Virus record (IMG/VR): IMGVR_UViG_3300040751_004835
Coordinates: 27,375 to 91,374 of that record
Length of the DNA: 64,000 nucleotides
Direction: 5' to 3' (one strand)
Source: a virus
The notes below the pieces were generated by a model. That model saw only the letters and a program-made list of their open reading frames with translations, was not told the DNA's origin and ran no database searches. Positions 39,163 through 49,202 of this stretch are shown piece by piece (within the stretch, counting starts at the first letter, position 1; each line of letters begins with the position of its first letter). A program made the translations under genes and the position numbers.

Positions 39163-39864
39163 ATGAGTATTCATCAAGATAAATTGGTAGATGATTTTCT
39201 AGCAAAGATTGAATCTGAGCTAGAGCATAAGAAAAAACTAAACCTCTCCGAGAAGGAGCAATTAGAAACAATTATTGAGGTCATCACAAACTACCTCAGG
39301 TATTTTGCTGAGGTTGATGTAAAAGAGCCTAAATTAATTAGAGGAAAACATCCCCATGTAATAATTGATGCACCAAAAACTGATGTAGAGGATCTCATAT
39401 CTGCTGTTGAAAAACTTTTCATGGAGCTCGGAATTCGTTTCAAGAGACACAGATTCCAAGGATCACTATCTCTGCTATCCGCAAAAAATAACACAGTCCC
39501 TGGACTTGTTTACGGTAGGGGATATTTTTTGGTTACACCATCTACTAAATTTAAGACAACCGGATCTACACTTAGAATTGAATGTTTAAGAGAAAATCAG
39601 GTAGTAAAGGTACTTGATGGTAAATTAGACAATCTCACTCTGGTTTATTGGAATGGTCGAGGAATGAGTAGAATGGCTTTTGACCCCGTCTGTGAAGATG
39701 AAAAGAAAAAAGCTATTGAATACCCGGACGATCAAACGGGTTTTGTAACCCTAGATCTTGTTGCTAGAAAAAAGGAAAAAAACATCAAGGCGGTTGGCGA
39801 TTTCACACTTACCCTTAATGATGAACTGATTCTCGAAAGAATTACCTCATTAGCTCGAGGATAA
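39163..39864 (+). CDS. Hypothetical protein
   Basis: 233 aa ORF in operon. Confidence 0.55.
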   Translation: MSIHQDKLVDDFLAKIESELEHKKKLNLSEKEQLETIIEVITNYLRYFAEVDVKEPKLIRGKHPHVIIDAPKTDVEDLISAVEKLFMELGIRFKRHRFQGSLSLLSAKNNTVPGLVYGRGYFLVTPSTKFKTTGSTLRIECLRENQVVKVLDGKLDNLTLVYWNGRGMSRMAFDPVCEDEKKKAIEYPDDQTGFVTLDLVARKKEKNIKAVGDFTLTLNDELILERITSLARG

Positions 39865-39919
39865 GGTGAAATTTTTCTAATTATTGGGATATAAATAGAA
39901 ACGACAATATTTAGTTTCT

Positions 39920-41182
39920 ATGGCTTCCAAGACCAAAAAGAAAAGGGCAAAAAAATCTACTACCCCCAGTAAATCAAAATCTTCAAACCAGCAGGTTGAT
40001 TTAACAAAGCAAGACATTTCACTTTGTCTTGTTATGATTGTAAAGGATGAGGAGGACACTATTAGGAGGTGTCTCACTCAAGTTTCTCCTTACATTTCCT
40101 ATTATGTCATAGTTGATACTGGATCCTCTGATAATACTATCCAGGAGATTAATTCTACTATGGAAGAACTCGGTATTGACGGGGAGGTTCACGAAAGACC
40201 TTGGGTAAATTTTGAGGTAAACAGAACAGAAAGTTTACAGCTTGCTAAGGGAAAATGTGATTATAGGTGGATAATCGATGCAGACGATACATTTAGAGTA
40301 GCAAATCCTGAGGTAAATCCTTTTAGCAATTTACCAAAAGAGAAGGTTGATTGCTTACAGATTCTTTATAAGCTCAACAACCTTCAATATCATAGGGCTC
40401 AAATTGTAAGATCTGACCAGGATTGGGTTTATAAGGGGGTACTCCATGAATATTTGGAATTACCTGGGAAGGAACCTTTGATTCAATACCAGATCCCTAG
40501 AGATAAATGTTACGTTGATGCCGACATCAGCCCGCTTAAAAGGGCAAATACACTTGAAGAGAAATATGCGAATGATGCTAATATTCTCGAAAAAGCACTT
40601 GAGGATGAGCCTACAAATACAAGGTATATGTTCTATTTAGCACAAAGCTATAGGGATTCAAACCAGAAAGTGAAGGCGATCGATGCTTACGAAAAAAGGA
40701 TTGAAGCAGGTGGATGGGAAGAAGAGGTATACTATTCAATGTATATGATCGGAAAAATCAAAGAGCAGTTAGGAAGACACCCAGATGAGGTTATACAAGC
40801 TTATTCTAGAGCATGGGAATATAGGCCAGAAAGACTTGAAGCTGTTTTCCATGCAATGAGAAAACTCAGAGAGAGGGGAAGATGGGTAATGTCGTTTACC
40901 TATGGCAACATGGCAGTCAAAAATCCGGGAACTTCTGATATACTATTCGTTGAGCCAGAGGTTTGGCAGTGGAGACTTTTGGATGAATATGCTTTAGCAG
41001 CTTTCCACACTGGAAATCCAGAGCTAGCATTCGAAAAAATAGATGCGGTTGTTAGAGAGGAATTCTTCTCATCCCTCCCACCAAACGAGAAAGATAGGAT
41101 GCTCAAAAACCTAGACCATTATAGAAATGCTGCAGCACAAAAGGCAGAAGCTATAAAATCAAGAGAAGCCGTTAAACAATAA
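39920..41182 (+). CDS. GT2 glycosyltransferase with C-terminal TPRs
   Basis: LCLVMIVKDEE...RCL...VIVDTGSSDNT, DADD, GVLHE, TPR-like RYMFYLAQSYRD. Confidence 0.85.
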   Translation: MASKTKKKRAKKSTTPSKSKSSNQQVDLTKQDISLCLVMIVKDEEDTIRRCLTQVSPYISYYVIVDTGSSDNTIQEINSTMEELGIDGEVHERPWVNFEVNRTESLQLAKGKCDYRWIIDADDTFRVANPEVNPFSNLPKEKVDCLQILYKLNNLQYHRAQIVRSDQDWVYKGVLHEYLELPGKEPLIQYQIPRDKCYVDADISPLKRANTLEEKYANDANILEKALEDEPTNTRYMFYLAQSYRDSNQKVKAIDAYEKRIEAGGWEEEVYYSMYMIGKIKEQLGRHPDEVIQAYSRAWEYRPERLEAVFHAMRKLRERGRWVMSFTYGNMAVKNPGTSDILFVEPEVWQWRLLDEYALAAFHTGNPELAFEKIDAVVREEFFSSLPPNEKDRMLKNLDHYRNAAAQKAEAIKSREAVKQ

Positions 41183-41191
41183 ATATTTAGG

Positions 41192-42946
41192 ATGGCAAAA
41201 ATTCTTTCCATATCTGCAATTGCACACGATTGTGGTGTAGCTCTAATAGAGGACGGGATTGTAAAATACGCTTTTGATGAAGAAAGATTTCGAAGGGTAA
41301 AGGGGATTTTTATACAGTTTTTATTCCCAGATCTCTCCTTGCAAGCCTTAGAAAAAGAAACAGGTATAACGCCATTTGATGATGATGTGATTGTTGTTAT
41401 GTCAAAGTCTGTTCTGTGTGGACTTGATTATATCGAAAAAATTCTTGACGTCAAGGACATTTATCTTTTCGACCACCACTATGCTCATGCATGTACCGCA
41501 TATTACTTATCTGGTTTTTCAGAGGAAACCCTAGTGTTGACTTATGATGCTGGGGATAGTAATGGCATTCATGAATCTGTTTTGACAAAAGAGGTTCTTC
41601 AAAAGATCTACGAACAAAAACTACCTTTCCGCAAAACAGAGATCCCTGAGGAGGATTTTATAAAATTAGCTAGAGGAGAAGTAGACAGGGAAACGAAATT
41701 TTTCCCATATCAGGTGATGATGTATCCAGATAGTTGGTGGAAATCTGAAGATCATATAAAGAATAGGAACAACTGCTCTGTTTACATTGGAAATGGTTCT
41801 AAGCTCACCAACGAGCTGGAATACAGAAACTTTGATTCGATTGCTTCACTGTGGGATGCTTTTTGTCTCTTGAATAATATGTTTGGTGGTAAAGACGAGG
41901 GTAAAATTGTAGGTATGGCTTCTCAGGGTTCATTTAATACTGAGATCAATGAAGCCATCGGACATTTTTTTGATTTTAATGAGGGTTTCTTTTGGGAACA
42001 CTATTGGGATGTTAGAGACTATTTTGAATCCTTGGATCTTAAGAACAGGAAGATCCAAATGGATGCTTCCTTCATGCTGCAATACCTAACAGAAAAATAT
42101 TTTCTTGAAGCCATCGGGTATTTGAAGCAAAAATTTCCTTCTTGTAAAAAATTAGCATTAGCCGGGGGTTTATTCTCAAATGTCAAGCTGAACCAAAAGA
42201 TAAATGAGCTTTCTGAATTTGATGAGATCTTTATTGCCCCTGGAATGGGAGATGGAGGATTAGCGATCGGTGCTGCAATAGCTAAGGCCAATGAACTTGG
42301 TGAATTTGATGTACAGACTATTGATAATGTTTTCTGGGGGAATAAAACGGATACTAACTTTATTCATCCTGGGGTTGAAGAGACCGAGTTAAATTACAGC
42401 CAGATAGCTTCGGAATTGTCTGAGGGTAAGGTAGTTGGGATTTTTTCTAACAGAAGGGAATGGGGTCCAAGAGCTTTGGGTGGAACCTCTATTATGTTTG
42501 ACCCCCGTAGAGAAGATGCCCAAGAATATGTGAATAGAAGGCTCAATCGTAATGAAGTTATGCCATTTGCTCCAGTAGTTATGGATGGATTTGAATCAGT
42601 CCCCTTCTACTGCTACAAATCTAAATATGCTTCCCAATTTATGACCATCTGTTATCCGGTAAAAGAGGAATGGGTGAATAAAATCCCTGGGGTTATAAAT
42701 AGGTTTGATAACACCTCAAGGATTCAAATTGCTAAAAAAGATAACAAACCTTTCTTCCCTATACTAGAGGCTTTTAAAGAAATTACCGGAGTTCCGGTGT
42801 TGATGAATACCTCTTTTAATGTTCATGGTGAACCAATTATTAACGAAACTGAACAAGCAATGAAACACCTAGTGAATGGTGTAGTTGATATTTTGGTTGT
42901 TGATGATAAAGTTTACAGGAAAAAAACTTCCGTCTTTGATATCTAA
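41192..42946 (+). CDS. Carbamoyltransferase (NodU/CmcH/TobZ family)
   Basis: HD.G...EERF.R.K, HHYAHA, EGK..GMA, AGG...NVKLN, GDGG.AIGAA, GPRALG, PFAP, NTSFNVHGEPI. Confidence 0.9.
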   Translation: MAKILSISAIAHDCGVALIEDGIVKYAFDEERFRRVKGIFIQFLFPDLSLQALEKETGITPFDDDVIVVMSKSVLCGLDYIEKILDVKDIYLFDHHYAHACTAYYLSGFSEETLVLTYDAGDSNGIHESVLTKEVLQKIYEQKLPFRKTEIPEEDFIKLARGEVDRETKFFPYQVMMYPDSWWKSEDHIKNRNNCSVYIGNGSKLTNELEYRNFDSIASLWDAFCLLNNMFGGKDEGKIVGMASQGSFNTEINEAIGHFFDFNEGFFWEHYWDVRDYFESLDLKNRKIQMDASFMLQYLTEKYFLEAIGYLKQKFPSCKKLALAGGLFSNVKLNQKINELSEFDEIFIAPGMGDGGLAIGAAIAKANELGEFDVQTIDNVFWGNKTDTNFIHPGVEETELNYSQIASELSEGKVVGIFSNRREWGPRALGGTSIMFDPRREDAQEYVNRRLNRNEVMPFAPVVMDGFESVPFYCYKSKYASQFMTICYPVKEEWVNKIPGVINRFDNTSRIQIAKKDNKPFFPILEAFKEITGVPVLMNTSFNVHGEPIINETEQAMKHLVNGVVDILVVDDKVYRKKTSVFDI

Positions 42947-42960
42947 TAGATATATAAAGT

Positions 42961-43518
42961 ATGAAACTAAGGAGCTTTACATCCTATACATCTCACAATA
43001 TAAGTGAATCTTTAAAGTACCATTTAGAGAAGGGCCTTTCCTTAATGGAGAGTGTTTATAGGATTGAATCTGATTCGTGGTTAGATCTAATCAATGAATC
43101 TAGAATTCTTTGGTTGAATGAGGAGATTGATCTTGAACTAGATGATGTTTTTCTGATAAGTACAGATGCTGGTGAGAAAGCTAAGTATGCTGGTGAAGAT
43201 GTAATACTTGACGTTCCTTTTGAACTTAACGAAGAAGAGTATCAGGGTAGACAAGTAAAGCTAAACAAGCCTTTTAGAACCCCAGGGGAAACTAGAAAAT
43301 TTGCAGTATACACTAAGAATGGTGAGGGCAAGGTTGTCAAGGTAAGGTTTGGACAGCCGGGACAAAGGATTAAAAACGATGACAAGAAAGCTTCAAAGTC
43401 GTTTAGAGCTAGACATAGATGTACCGAGCCAGGACCAAAATGGAAACCAAGATATTGGTCTTGCAATGTTCACAGGTATCACAAGCTTTTGGGTCTTAAA
43501 TCTAACAACCCTTGGTAA
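42961..43518 (+). CDS. Conserved T4-like hypothetical protein with capsid-targeting-like N-terminus
   Basis: EYQGRQVKLNKPFR...KFAVY...KSFRARHRC...PRYWSC; leader MKLRSFTSY...ISE; GATATATA at 42949. Confidence 0.65.
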   Translation: MKLRSFTSYTSHNISESLKYHLEKGLSLMESVYRIESDSWLDLINESRILWLNEEIDLELDDVFLISTDAGEKAKYAGEDVILDVPFELNEEEYQGRQVKLNKPFRTPGETRKFAVYTKNGEGKVVKVRFGQPGQRIKNDDKKASKSFRARHRCTEPGPKWKPRYWSCNVHRYHKLLGLKSNNPW

Positions 43519-43793
43519 ACCCATTTTCTGAGGAGAGAATATCAAGCACAGAATTTATAAGATGCTTTGATCAGGACTTAGATCCAGCAGAATTAAAGTG
43601 GCACCAGGACTGGGAAGACCGAACTATCCAGTTTTTGGAATCTAATGATTGGATGTTCCAGTTTGATAACGAGCTTCCGATTAAGTGCATTGGTGAGATA
43701 ACAATTAAATCAGGGACTTGGCACCGGGTAATTAAAGGAAGTGGTAGTTTAAGAGTGAAGATTACTAAACATCCTTTCTCCGAAGATATATAA
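43512..43793 (+). CDS. Small cupin-like protein
   Basis: WHQD.EDR...WMFQFD...WHRVIKG. Confidence 0.55.
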   Translation: MVNPFSEERISSTEFIRCFDQDLDPAELKWHQDWEDRTIQFLESNDWMFQFDNELPIKCIGEITIKSGTWHRVIKGSGSLRVKITKHPFSEDI

Positions 43794-43811
43794 ACAAAGA
43801 AATTTTTCGAG

Positions 43812-44342
43812 ATGAACAATTTAAAATTATATGAGGAGTTTACTAATTCAATCTACGAAGGAGTGACTCCGGTTTATGACGAGTCTAAGTTTAGAAAGAA
43901 TGTAAACATTAGGCCTGAAATGGAACTTAAATATTCTGAAGTAATTCCAGCATTAAGGGATTTACTGGCACAAAAGGAGGCTGGACAGATTGAAAGTATT
44001 ACAGCCATTGCAGAAGTACCAACACAAGGTAAGGGTGCTCCTGATTATGTGAAGGATGTTATCGACCAGGAAAGAGAAAGGTTAGCAAGACAGTACAAAT
44101 CTACGATTGGTAAATCTATTGATAGTGACACGGATGCCGAAGATTTTGATTTTGATCTAAACAGGTTTGGAGATAAAAGAACCATCTTCTTTGATTCTGA
44201 GTTTATTGTTGACCGTGTAGAAACCATCGAGGGCAAAGATTATGTTATAGGGATTCCGGTTTCTTTAAAGGATAAGGGATACGAAGCAAAAATTCTACCG
44301 ATTAAAATTGAGGAGATTTACTTTGAGCCAGCTGGTGAGTAA
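43812..44342 (+). CDS. Hypothetical protein with capsid-targeting-like N-terminus
   Basis: MNNLKLYEEFTNSIYE; GATATATA at 43785. Confidence 0.65.
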   Translation: MNNLKLYEEFTNSIYEGVTPVYDESKFRKNVNIRPEMELKYSEVIPALRDLLAQKEAGQIESITAIAEVPTQGKGAPDYVKDVIDQERERLARQYKSTIGKSIDSDTDAEDFDFDLNRFGDKRTIFFDSEFIVDRVETIEGKDYVIGIPVSLKDKGYEAKILPIKIEEIYFEPAGE

Positions 44343-44362
44343 TCTACAATCAAACGATATAC

Positions 44363-44387
44363 AAAAGCGGGTCTTCCCGCTTTTTTT
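44363..44387 (+). terminator. Rho-independent terminator
   Basis: AAAAGCGGG-TCTT-CCCGCTTTT plus T run. Confidence 0.8.
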
Positions 44388-44389
44388 GT

Positions 44390-44417
44390 GAAATTTAATC
44401 AAGACCTACACATATAA
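44390..44417 (+). promoter_or_regulatory. G[AG]AA-N19-TA[TG]AA element before topoisomerase large subunit
   Basis: GAAA-19 nt-TATAA right after a terminator. Confidence 0.6.
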
Positions 44418-44436
44418 CCTCAAACAATTATAGTTA

Positions 44437-46215
44437 ATGGCAACTAAAGATATACAGGTACTTACCGACTTTGAACACATCCTCAAGAGACCTACCATTT
44501 ATGTTGGTTCGGTTAAGCTCAGCGAGGAAATTATACCTATTGTTAAAAGTGATAGGATAGATTCAGTTGGGTACCAAATTTCGGTTGGGATGTATAAGCT
44601 CTTTGATGAGGTCTTTTCGAATTGCGTAGATGAAGCAAAGAGAATGAAAAAGAGTATGCCATCCATCTCAGTCGAAGTGGATTCTAAGACAAACACGATT
44701 AAGATTACAGATACCGGTGAAGGATTTGTAAATGGATCAGCACTAAATAAGAAGAGCGGATTATCCAATATTGCAACTGCGGTATCTATGTTAAGGGCAG
44801 GTTCCAATTTTGATAACGACAACGTATCTGAAACCTTAATTGGTACAAATGGAATGGGAGTAAGTCTTGTAAATGCAATGTCAAGCTTTTTCTCAATAGA
44901 AACCACAAACCCAAACGAGTATTACTACCAGGAGTGGAAAAACTTCAAACCTCAGAAAGCAAAAATCCTGAAAAGAGGAAGGAACAAATTAGGTACTTCT
45001 GTAAGCTTTACCCCTCTCCCAAATATTTTCGATAAGTGCAAATGGAACAAAGACATTTTGTTGTCTCAATTGCTTCTCAAGAAGAGAGTGCTTGAAACTG
45101 AGGAGAACACGAAGAACATTAAGATCAATTTCATCTGGGATGGTAAAGAGGTTCCAGTAGACACCAGCATTTTCAAGCAGATCTCATACAAAACAAAAAT
45201 CGGTGAACTGCTAATTTGGGAGAAGACACCAGACTCTGGATCATTCTCTTTTGTGAATTCTGCTATTTGTACTGGGATTCACCAGAAGATCATAATGGAT
45301 CAGATTAATAACAATCTTGATGATTCCCTCGCACACCACTTCTATGACTTTTGTCTAATTATTAATCTCCCACCGGCCCTTGTTAAGTTTGGTGACCAAA
45401 ACAAAACCAAATTTGTCACTAGAAGGGAAGATGTTGAAAATATAATTGTAAACAGCTTTGGATCTTCACTAAAGAAATTTTACAGCACACCGCTTTTCAA
45501 AAAAATTAGGAAGGAGGTAGAAGCAAGAAAAAGGGATGCGAGTCTTAAAAAAATACGAAAGGAGAAAAAGAATACGAGGGTAAAATTCTCAAATAAGTAT
45601 TTTCCTCCAACCTCTAGGAATGCCGAGAACCTCTTTATCGTGGAAGGATTAAGTGCTATGGGATCCATTCTTCAAAAAAGGAACCCAACACGTGATGGTG
45701 TTTATGCACTTAAGGGTAAAATTAAGAACGCAAGAAGTCTCTCAGATCTTGCTGACAACAAGGAGATCCTGGAGTTGATGCAAATACTAAACTTGGAACC
45801 TGAAAGACCAGATCTGGCTTGTCCATACGATAATATAGTAATTGCTACTGACCAGGATCCCGATGGTGCCCACATTACTTCCCTCCTAATAAATCTTTTC
45901 TTTAAGTGGTTCCCCTGGATTGTTGAAAACAAGAAATTGAGCTTTCTAGAAACACCTCTTGTTTCTGTGGGTGATAGAAGTAAGACCTATTATTACTCTC
46001 TGGAAGAATTTAAAACCAAAAGCCAGGGTAAAAGGATTTCTAATGTTAGGTATCTAAAGGGTCTTGGTTCCCTGTCTTTAGAAGATTGGGATCATGTAAT
46101 GAAGAACAAGAAGATTACCAAAATCGTCAAGGATAGGAAATCCAATGCAATGCTTGAGATGGCTTTTGGTAAATCTTCTGACGCCAGGAAGGTTTGGTTA
46201 TCAAATTTCTCCTGA
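44437..46215 (+). CDS. Type II topoisomerase ATPase/TOPRIM subunit (T4 gp39+60-like)
   Basis: EHILKRP..YVG, DEVFSNCVDE, GSNFD, GTNGMG, VEGLSA, LKGKIKN, TDQDPDG.HI, YLKGLGS. Confidence 0.9.
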   Translation: MATKDIQVLTDFEHILKRPTIYVGSVKLSEEIIPIVKSDRIDSVGYQISVGMYKLFDEVFSNCVDEAKRMKKSMPSISVEVDSKTNTIKITDTGEGFVNGSALNKKSGLSNIATAVSMLRAGSNFDNDNVSETLIGTNGMGVSLVNAMSSFFSIETTNPNEYYYQEWKNFKPQKAKILKRGRNKLGTSVSFTPLPNIFDKCKWNKDILLSQLLLKKRVLETEENTKNIKINFIWDGKEVPVDTSIFKQISYKTKIGELLIWEKTPDSGSFSFVNSAICTGIHQKIIMDQINNNLDDSLAHHFYDFCLIINLPPALVKFGDQNKTKFVTRREDVENIIVNSFGSSLKKFYSTPLFKKIRKEVEARKRDASLKKIRKEKKNTRVKFSNKYFPPTSRNAENLFIVEGLSAMGSILQKRNPTRDGVYALKGKIKNARSLSDLADNKEILELMQILNLEPERPDLACPYDNIVIATDQDPDGAHITSLLINLFFKWFPWIVENKKLSFLETPLVSVGDRSKTYYYSLEEFKTKSQGKRISNVRYLKGLGSLSLEDWDHVMKNKKITKIVKDRKSNAMLEMAFGKSSDARKVWLSNFS

Positions 46216-46255
46216 TTCGTTTTTACCTAACCGGATAAATCCTTATTATTACCCC

Positions 46256-47203
46256 ATGCAAAGGAAGTTTGGATATTGTTGTATAAATCTTTCGCTGAAC
46301 GAAGGCGTCAAAAAGAAAGATAGAATTACAACAAATCGCTCGATGACCAAAAAGACCTTCCTTGCCAAAGGTATAGCTTACGCTTCTGAGTTGTCTTTGC
46401 AAAACGTAAAAGACCTCAAGAAAATACTTGAGTGGAACTACGAGAATGAAATTCTAATGTATAGAATGAGTTCAGACATGTTCCCGTGGTGCTCTGAGTA
46501 TGAGCTAGAAGATCTTCCGCACATAGATGAAATAAAGGAAGCACTTAAACAAGCAGGAGATGTAGCATTATCCACAGGGCAAAGAATCACGTTCCATCCC
46601 TCGCCATATTCTGTTTTAGCTTCTCTAAGGGATGATGTTGTAGATAATGCAATTAAGGAGCTTAGTCAACATGGTGAAATCATGGATTTAATGGGTTTAC
46701 CTAGGAATCACTATTATCCGATTAACATACATGTGAATACCACTCAACCTACAAAGGAGGAAGCTGCAAAAAGATTTTGCGATAACTTTGACCTACTACC
46801 AGAATCTGTGAAATCTAGACTGGTTGTTGAGGTGGATGATAAGGGTTCTCAATACACCTCGGTTGATCTGAAAAGCATGGTTCACGACGAGATAGGAATT
46901 CCTATAACATTCGACTATTTGCACAACAGATGCAACCCACCAGTTGGTCTTTCTGAATCTGAGTCATTGAAGATTTGCATAGACACGTGGCCGGATGGAA
47001 TTACACCGTTAACACATTTTTCTGAGTCTAAAGCACTGTTTGAAGACAACTCTGCAAAGGAGCTAGCACACTCGGATTGGATACACGAAAAGATCGAAAC
47101 ATATGGGTTCGAGTTTGATATAGAATTGGAGGTAAAACAAAAAGATAAAGCCCTTTTGGATTACCACCATAATATCGAACAAATCCTATGTCTCAAGAGC
47201 TAA
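46256..47203 (+). CDS. uvsE: UV-damage endonuclease
   Basis: GYCCIN, YRMSSDMFP, RITFHP, INIHV, FDYLH, HFSES, AHSD, ELEVKQKDKA; start reassigned to MQRKFG. Confidence 0.85.
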   Translation: MQRKFGYCCINLSLNEGVKKKDRITTNRSMTKKTFLAKGIAYASELSLQNVKDLKKILEWNYENEILMYRMSSDMFPWCSEYELEDLPHIDEIKEALKQAGDVALSTGQRITFHPSPYSVLASLRDDVVDNAIKELSQHGEIMDLMGLPRNHYYPINIHVNTTQPTKEEAAKRFCDNFDLLPESVKSRLVVEVDDKGSQYTSVDLKSMVHDEIGIPITFDYLHNRCNPPVGLSESESLKICIDTWPDGITPLTHFSESKALFEDNSAKELAHSDWIHEKIETYGFEFDIELEVKQKDKALLDYHHNIEQILCLKS

Positions 47204-47439
47204 CAAAAGAAGATCTAAAAAAATTTGAAGAATTTGAAAAAACCATTCTTAACCTTAAAGATTCATCCGTAAGATATAAGAGGGATGATGAAATGGAGGT
47301 TCAGATAAAGAAAGAAGTACTTTACTCAAACTTTGGAAAGGACAAAGTAGATCAGATTTTGGAAAAGCTAAAGGTTAATTTTACCGATTTAATCGATCAC
47401 AAGGTTTATATAGAGATATATAAATTTTTAGACTCATGA
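47188..47439 (+). CDS. Hypothetical protein
   Basis: 83 aa ORF overlapping the uvsE end. Confidence 0.5.
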   Translation: MSQELTKEDLKKFEEFEKTILNLKDSSVRYKRDDEMEVQIKKEVLYSNFGKDKVDQILEKLKVNFTDLIDHKVYIEIYKFLDS

Positions 47440-47446
47440 CAAACCA

Positions 47447-47794
47447 ATGAATATAGACCCTGGAAATTATCACTTCTCAGATTGGGGTTCGTCCTTCGAC
47501 GATCATCCCCAGTATGATATATTGAAGTGTCATGTTGAAAGAGCAGTTCAGGATCTTTTTCTAAATGCTCTTAGACTTCAATCAGAGGATTTCGTCTATA
47601 TTTTCGATACTGAAGAAAAGATAGACGATTTTTGTAGTAGGATGATTGGTTATTGGGAAAGAGAAGAGGACTACGAAATTTGTGGTGAGATCGTTTCTCT
47701 AAGAAAAGACTTAAAGAGCAAGTGGTATCTAATACCACCAGTGGATAGAGGAAAAGAAATAGTAATTCGTGAATGGCTTAAATCCTCTTTCTAG
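47447..47794 (+). CDS. Hypothetical protein with UVR-like motif
   Basis: WEREEDYEICGEIVSLR; GATATATA at 47415. Confidence 0.55.
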   Translation: MNIDPGNYHFSDWGSSFDDHPQYDILKCHVERAVQDLFLNALRLQSEDFVYIFDTEEKIDDFCSRMIGYWEREEDYEICGEIVSLRKDLKSKWYLIPPVDRGKEIVIREWLKSSF

Positions 47795-47803
47795 GGATAT
47801 AAA

Positions 47804-48823
47804 ATGAAGCCAGATTACTATAACATACTTGGGGTAAATCGGAATTCTTCCCCCGAGGAAATCAAAAAAGCTTACAGGAAATTAGCACTGAAGTATCACC
47901 CAGATAAAGCGGGTGGTGATCCAGAAGCTGAGAAAAAATTTAAGGAGATTGCTGAAGCATATGATACCTTAAGTAATCCGGATAAAAAGTCCAAGTACGA
48001 CAACCCAAACCCATTCGGTGGATTTGGAAGAAACCCATTTGAAAATGGATTTGGAGGTTTCCATGGCGGTAATTTTTATGAGGGCGATGTTATCAAAAAA
48101 GGCAACAATATAAATGCCAAAGTTGAAATAACGCTCGAAGAGGTTCTTAATGGTGTTAAAAAGAATGCTAATCTTTATAGAAAGATGCAGTGTTCTGATT
48201 GTAAAGGTACCGGAGCCCAGAATGCTGAGTTAGACACATGCCATGTTTGTGCTGGCATGGGTGTAAAAAGGAGAATTGTTAATACCAACTTTGGCCAGAT
48301 GGCAATGGATGAAACCTGTTATGCCTGTGAAGGTATCGGGAAAATTCCAAAGTCAATGTGTAAAACATGTGCTGGCTCAGGGGTAGTTAGAAAACCGGAC
48401 CAGATAGAAATTAATATCCCAAAGGGATCTGTCTCGGGAATTAGTTTTAGGGTTCCACAGAAGGGAGATCACGCTAAAGCACCTTCCGATCCTGGTGATC
48501 TGGTTGTAAATGTTTATGATAAGAAGCACGATTTTTTCAGGAGAGACGGATACAATTTAATATGCGATGTGGATCTTACATTTCCGGAAGCATGTTTGGG
48601 CAAGGAAGTTACTATTCCAAATTTAGTTTCAGGTGGTGAATATAAAATTACCATTCCCCCCGGCACATCACCAGGAAAAATCTTTAGATTAGCAGGCAAG
48701 GGGGTTCCTGAATTTAATTCCACATATCGAGGAGATATATTGGTTAAGGTTGGCATAAAGGTGCCTAAAAATTTATCCCCAGAACAACAAGAATTTATTG
48801 AAAATTATAAAGACAAATTCTAA
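47804..48823 (+). CDS. dnaJ: DnaJ chaperone
   Basis: J domain with HPD, G/F region, four CxxCxGxG repeats, C-terminal GKGVP. Confidence 0.95.
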   Translation: MKPDYYNILGVNRNSSPEEIKKAYRKLALKYHPDKAGGDPEAEKKFKEIAEAYDTLSNPDKKSKYDNPNPFGGFGRNPFENGFGGFHGGNFYEGDVIKKGNNINAKVEITLEEVLNGVKKNANLYRKMQCSDCKGTGAQNAELDTCHVCAGMGVKRRIVNTNFGQMAMDETCYACEGIGKIPKSMCKTCAGSGVVRKPDQIEINIPKGSVSGISFRVPQKGDHAKAPSDPGDLVVNVYDKKHDFFRRDGYNLICDVDLTFPEACLGKEVTIPNLVSGGEYKITIPPGTSPGKIFRLAGKGVPEFNSTYRGDILVKVGIKVPKNLSPEQQEFIENYKDKF

Positions 48824-49170
48824 TGAAAGATTTATATTTTATACTTATTGCGTGGTCAATCACTTCGATCCTGGTCAATGGGACAATCTTTGATAGGCTG
48901 AGAATTTATCTACTGATTAAAGCTCCTATGCTACATAAGCTATTCTCTTGTATGCAGTGTAGTGGTTTCTGGGTTGGTATCATTTTGGGAATTTTAGCAA
49001 CCGATGGAATTATCTATAACCCCTTGGGTTCTCTTTTCCATTCACCTAGTAATAATTTTTGGATCCATTACCCACTTACAACATTTGCTTATGGATTTTT
49101 GTCCAGCGGGGTAAGTGTCCTTTTGAATAGCTTAGTAGTTTTCTTTTACTCCTTCAGTCAGAAAGAATAA
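48823..49170 (+). CDS. Small membrane protein, DUF1360-like
   Basis: Hydrophobic helices with LFSCMQCSGFWVG. Confidence 0.55.
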   Translation: MKDLYFILIAWSITSILVNGTIFDRLRIYLLIKAPMLHKLFSCMQCSGFWVGIILGILATDGIIYNPLGSLFHSPSNNFWIHYPLTTFAYGFLSSGVSVLLNSLVVFFYSFSQKE

Positions 49171-49202
49171 TATCTCCTGGATATATAGCATAAATATTTC
49201 CA

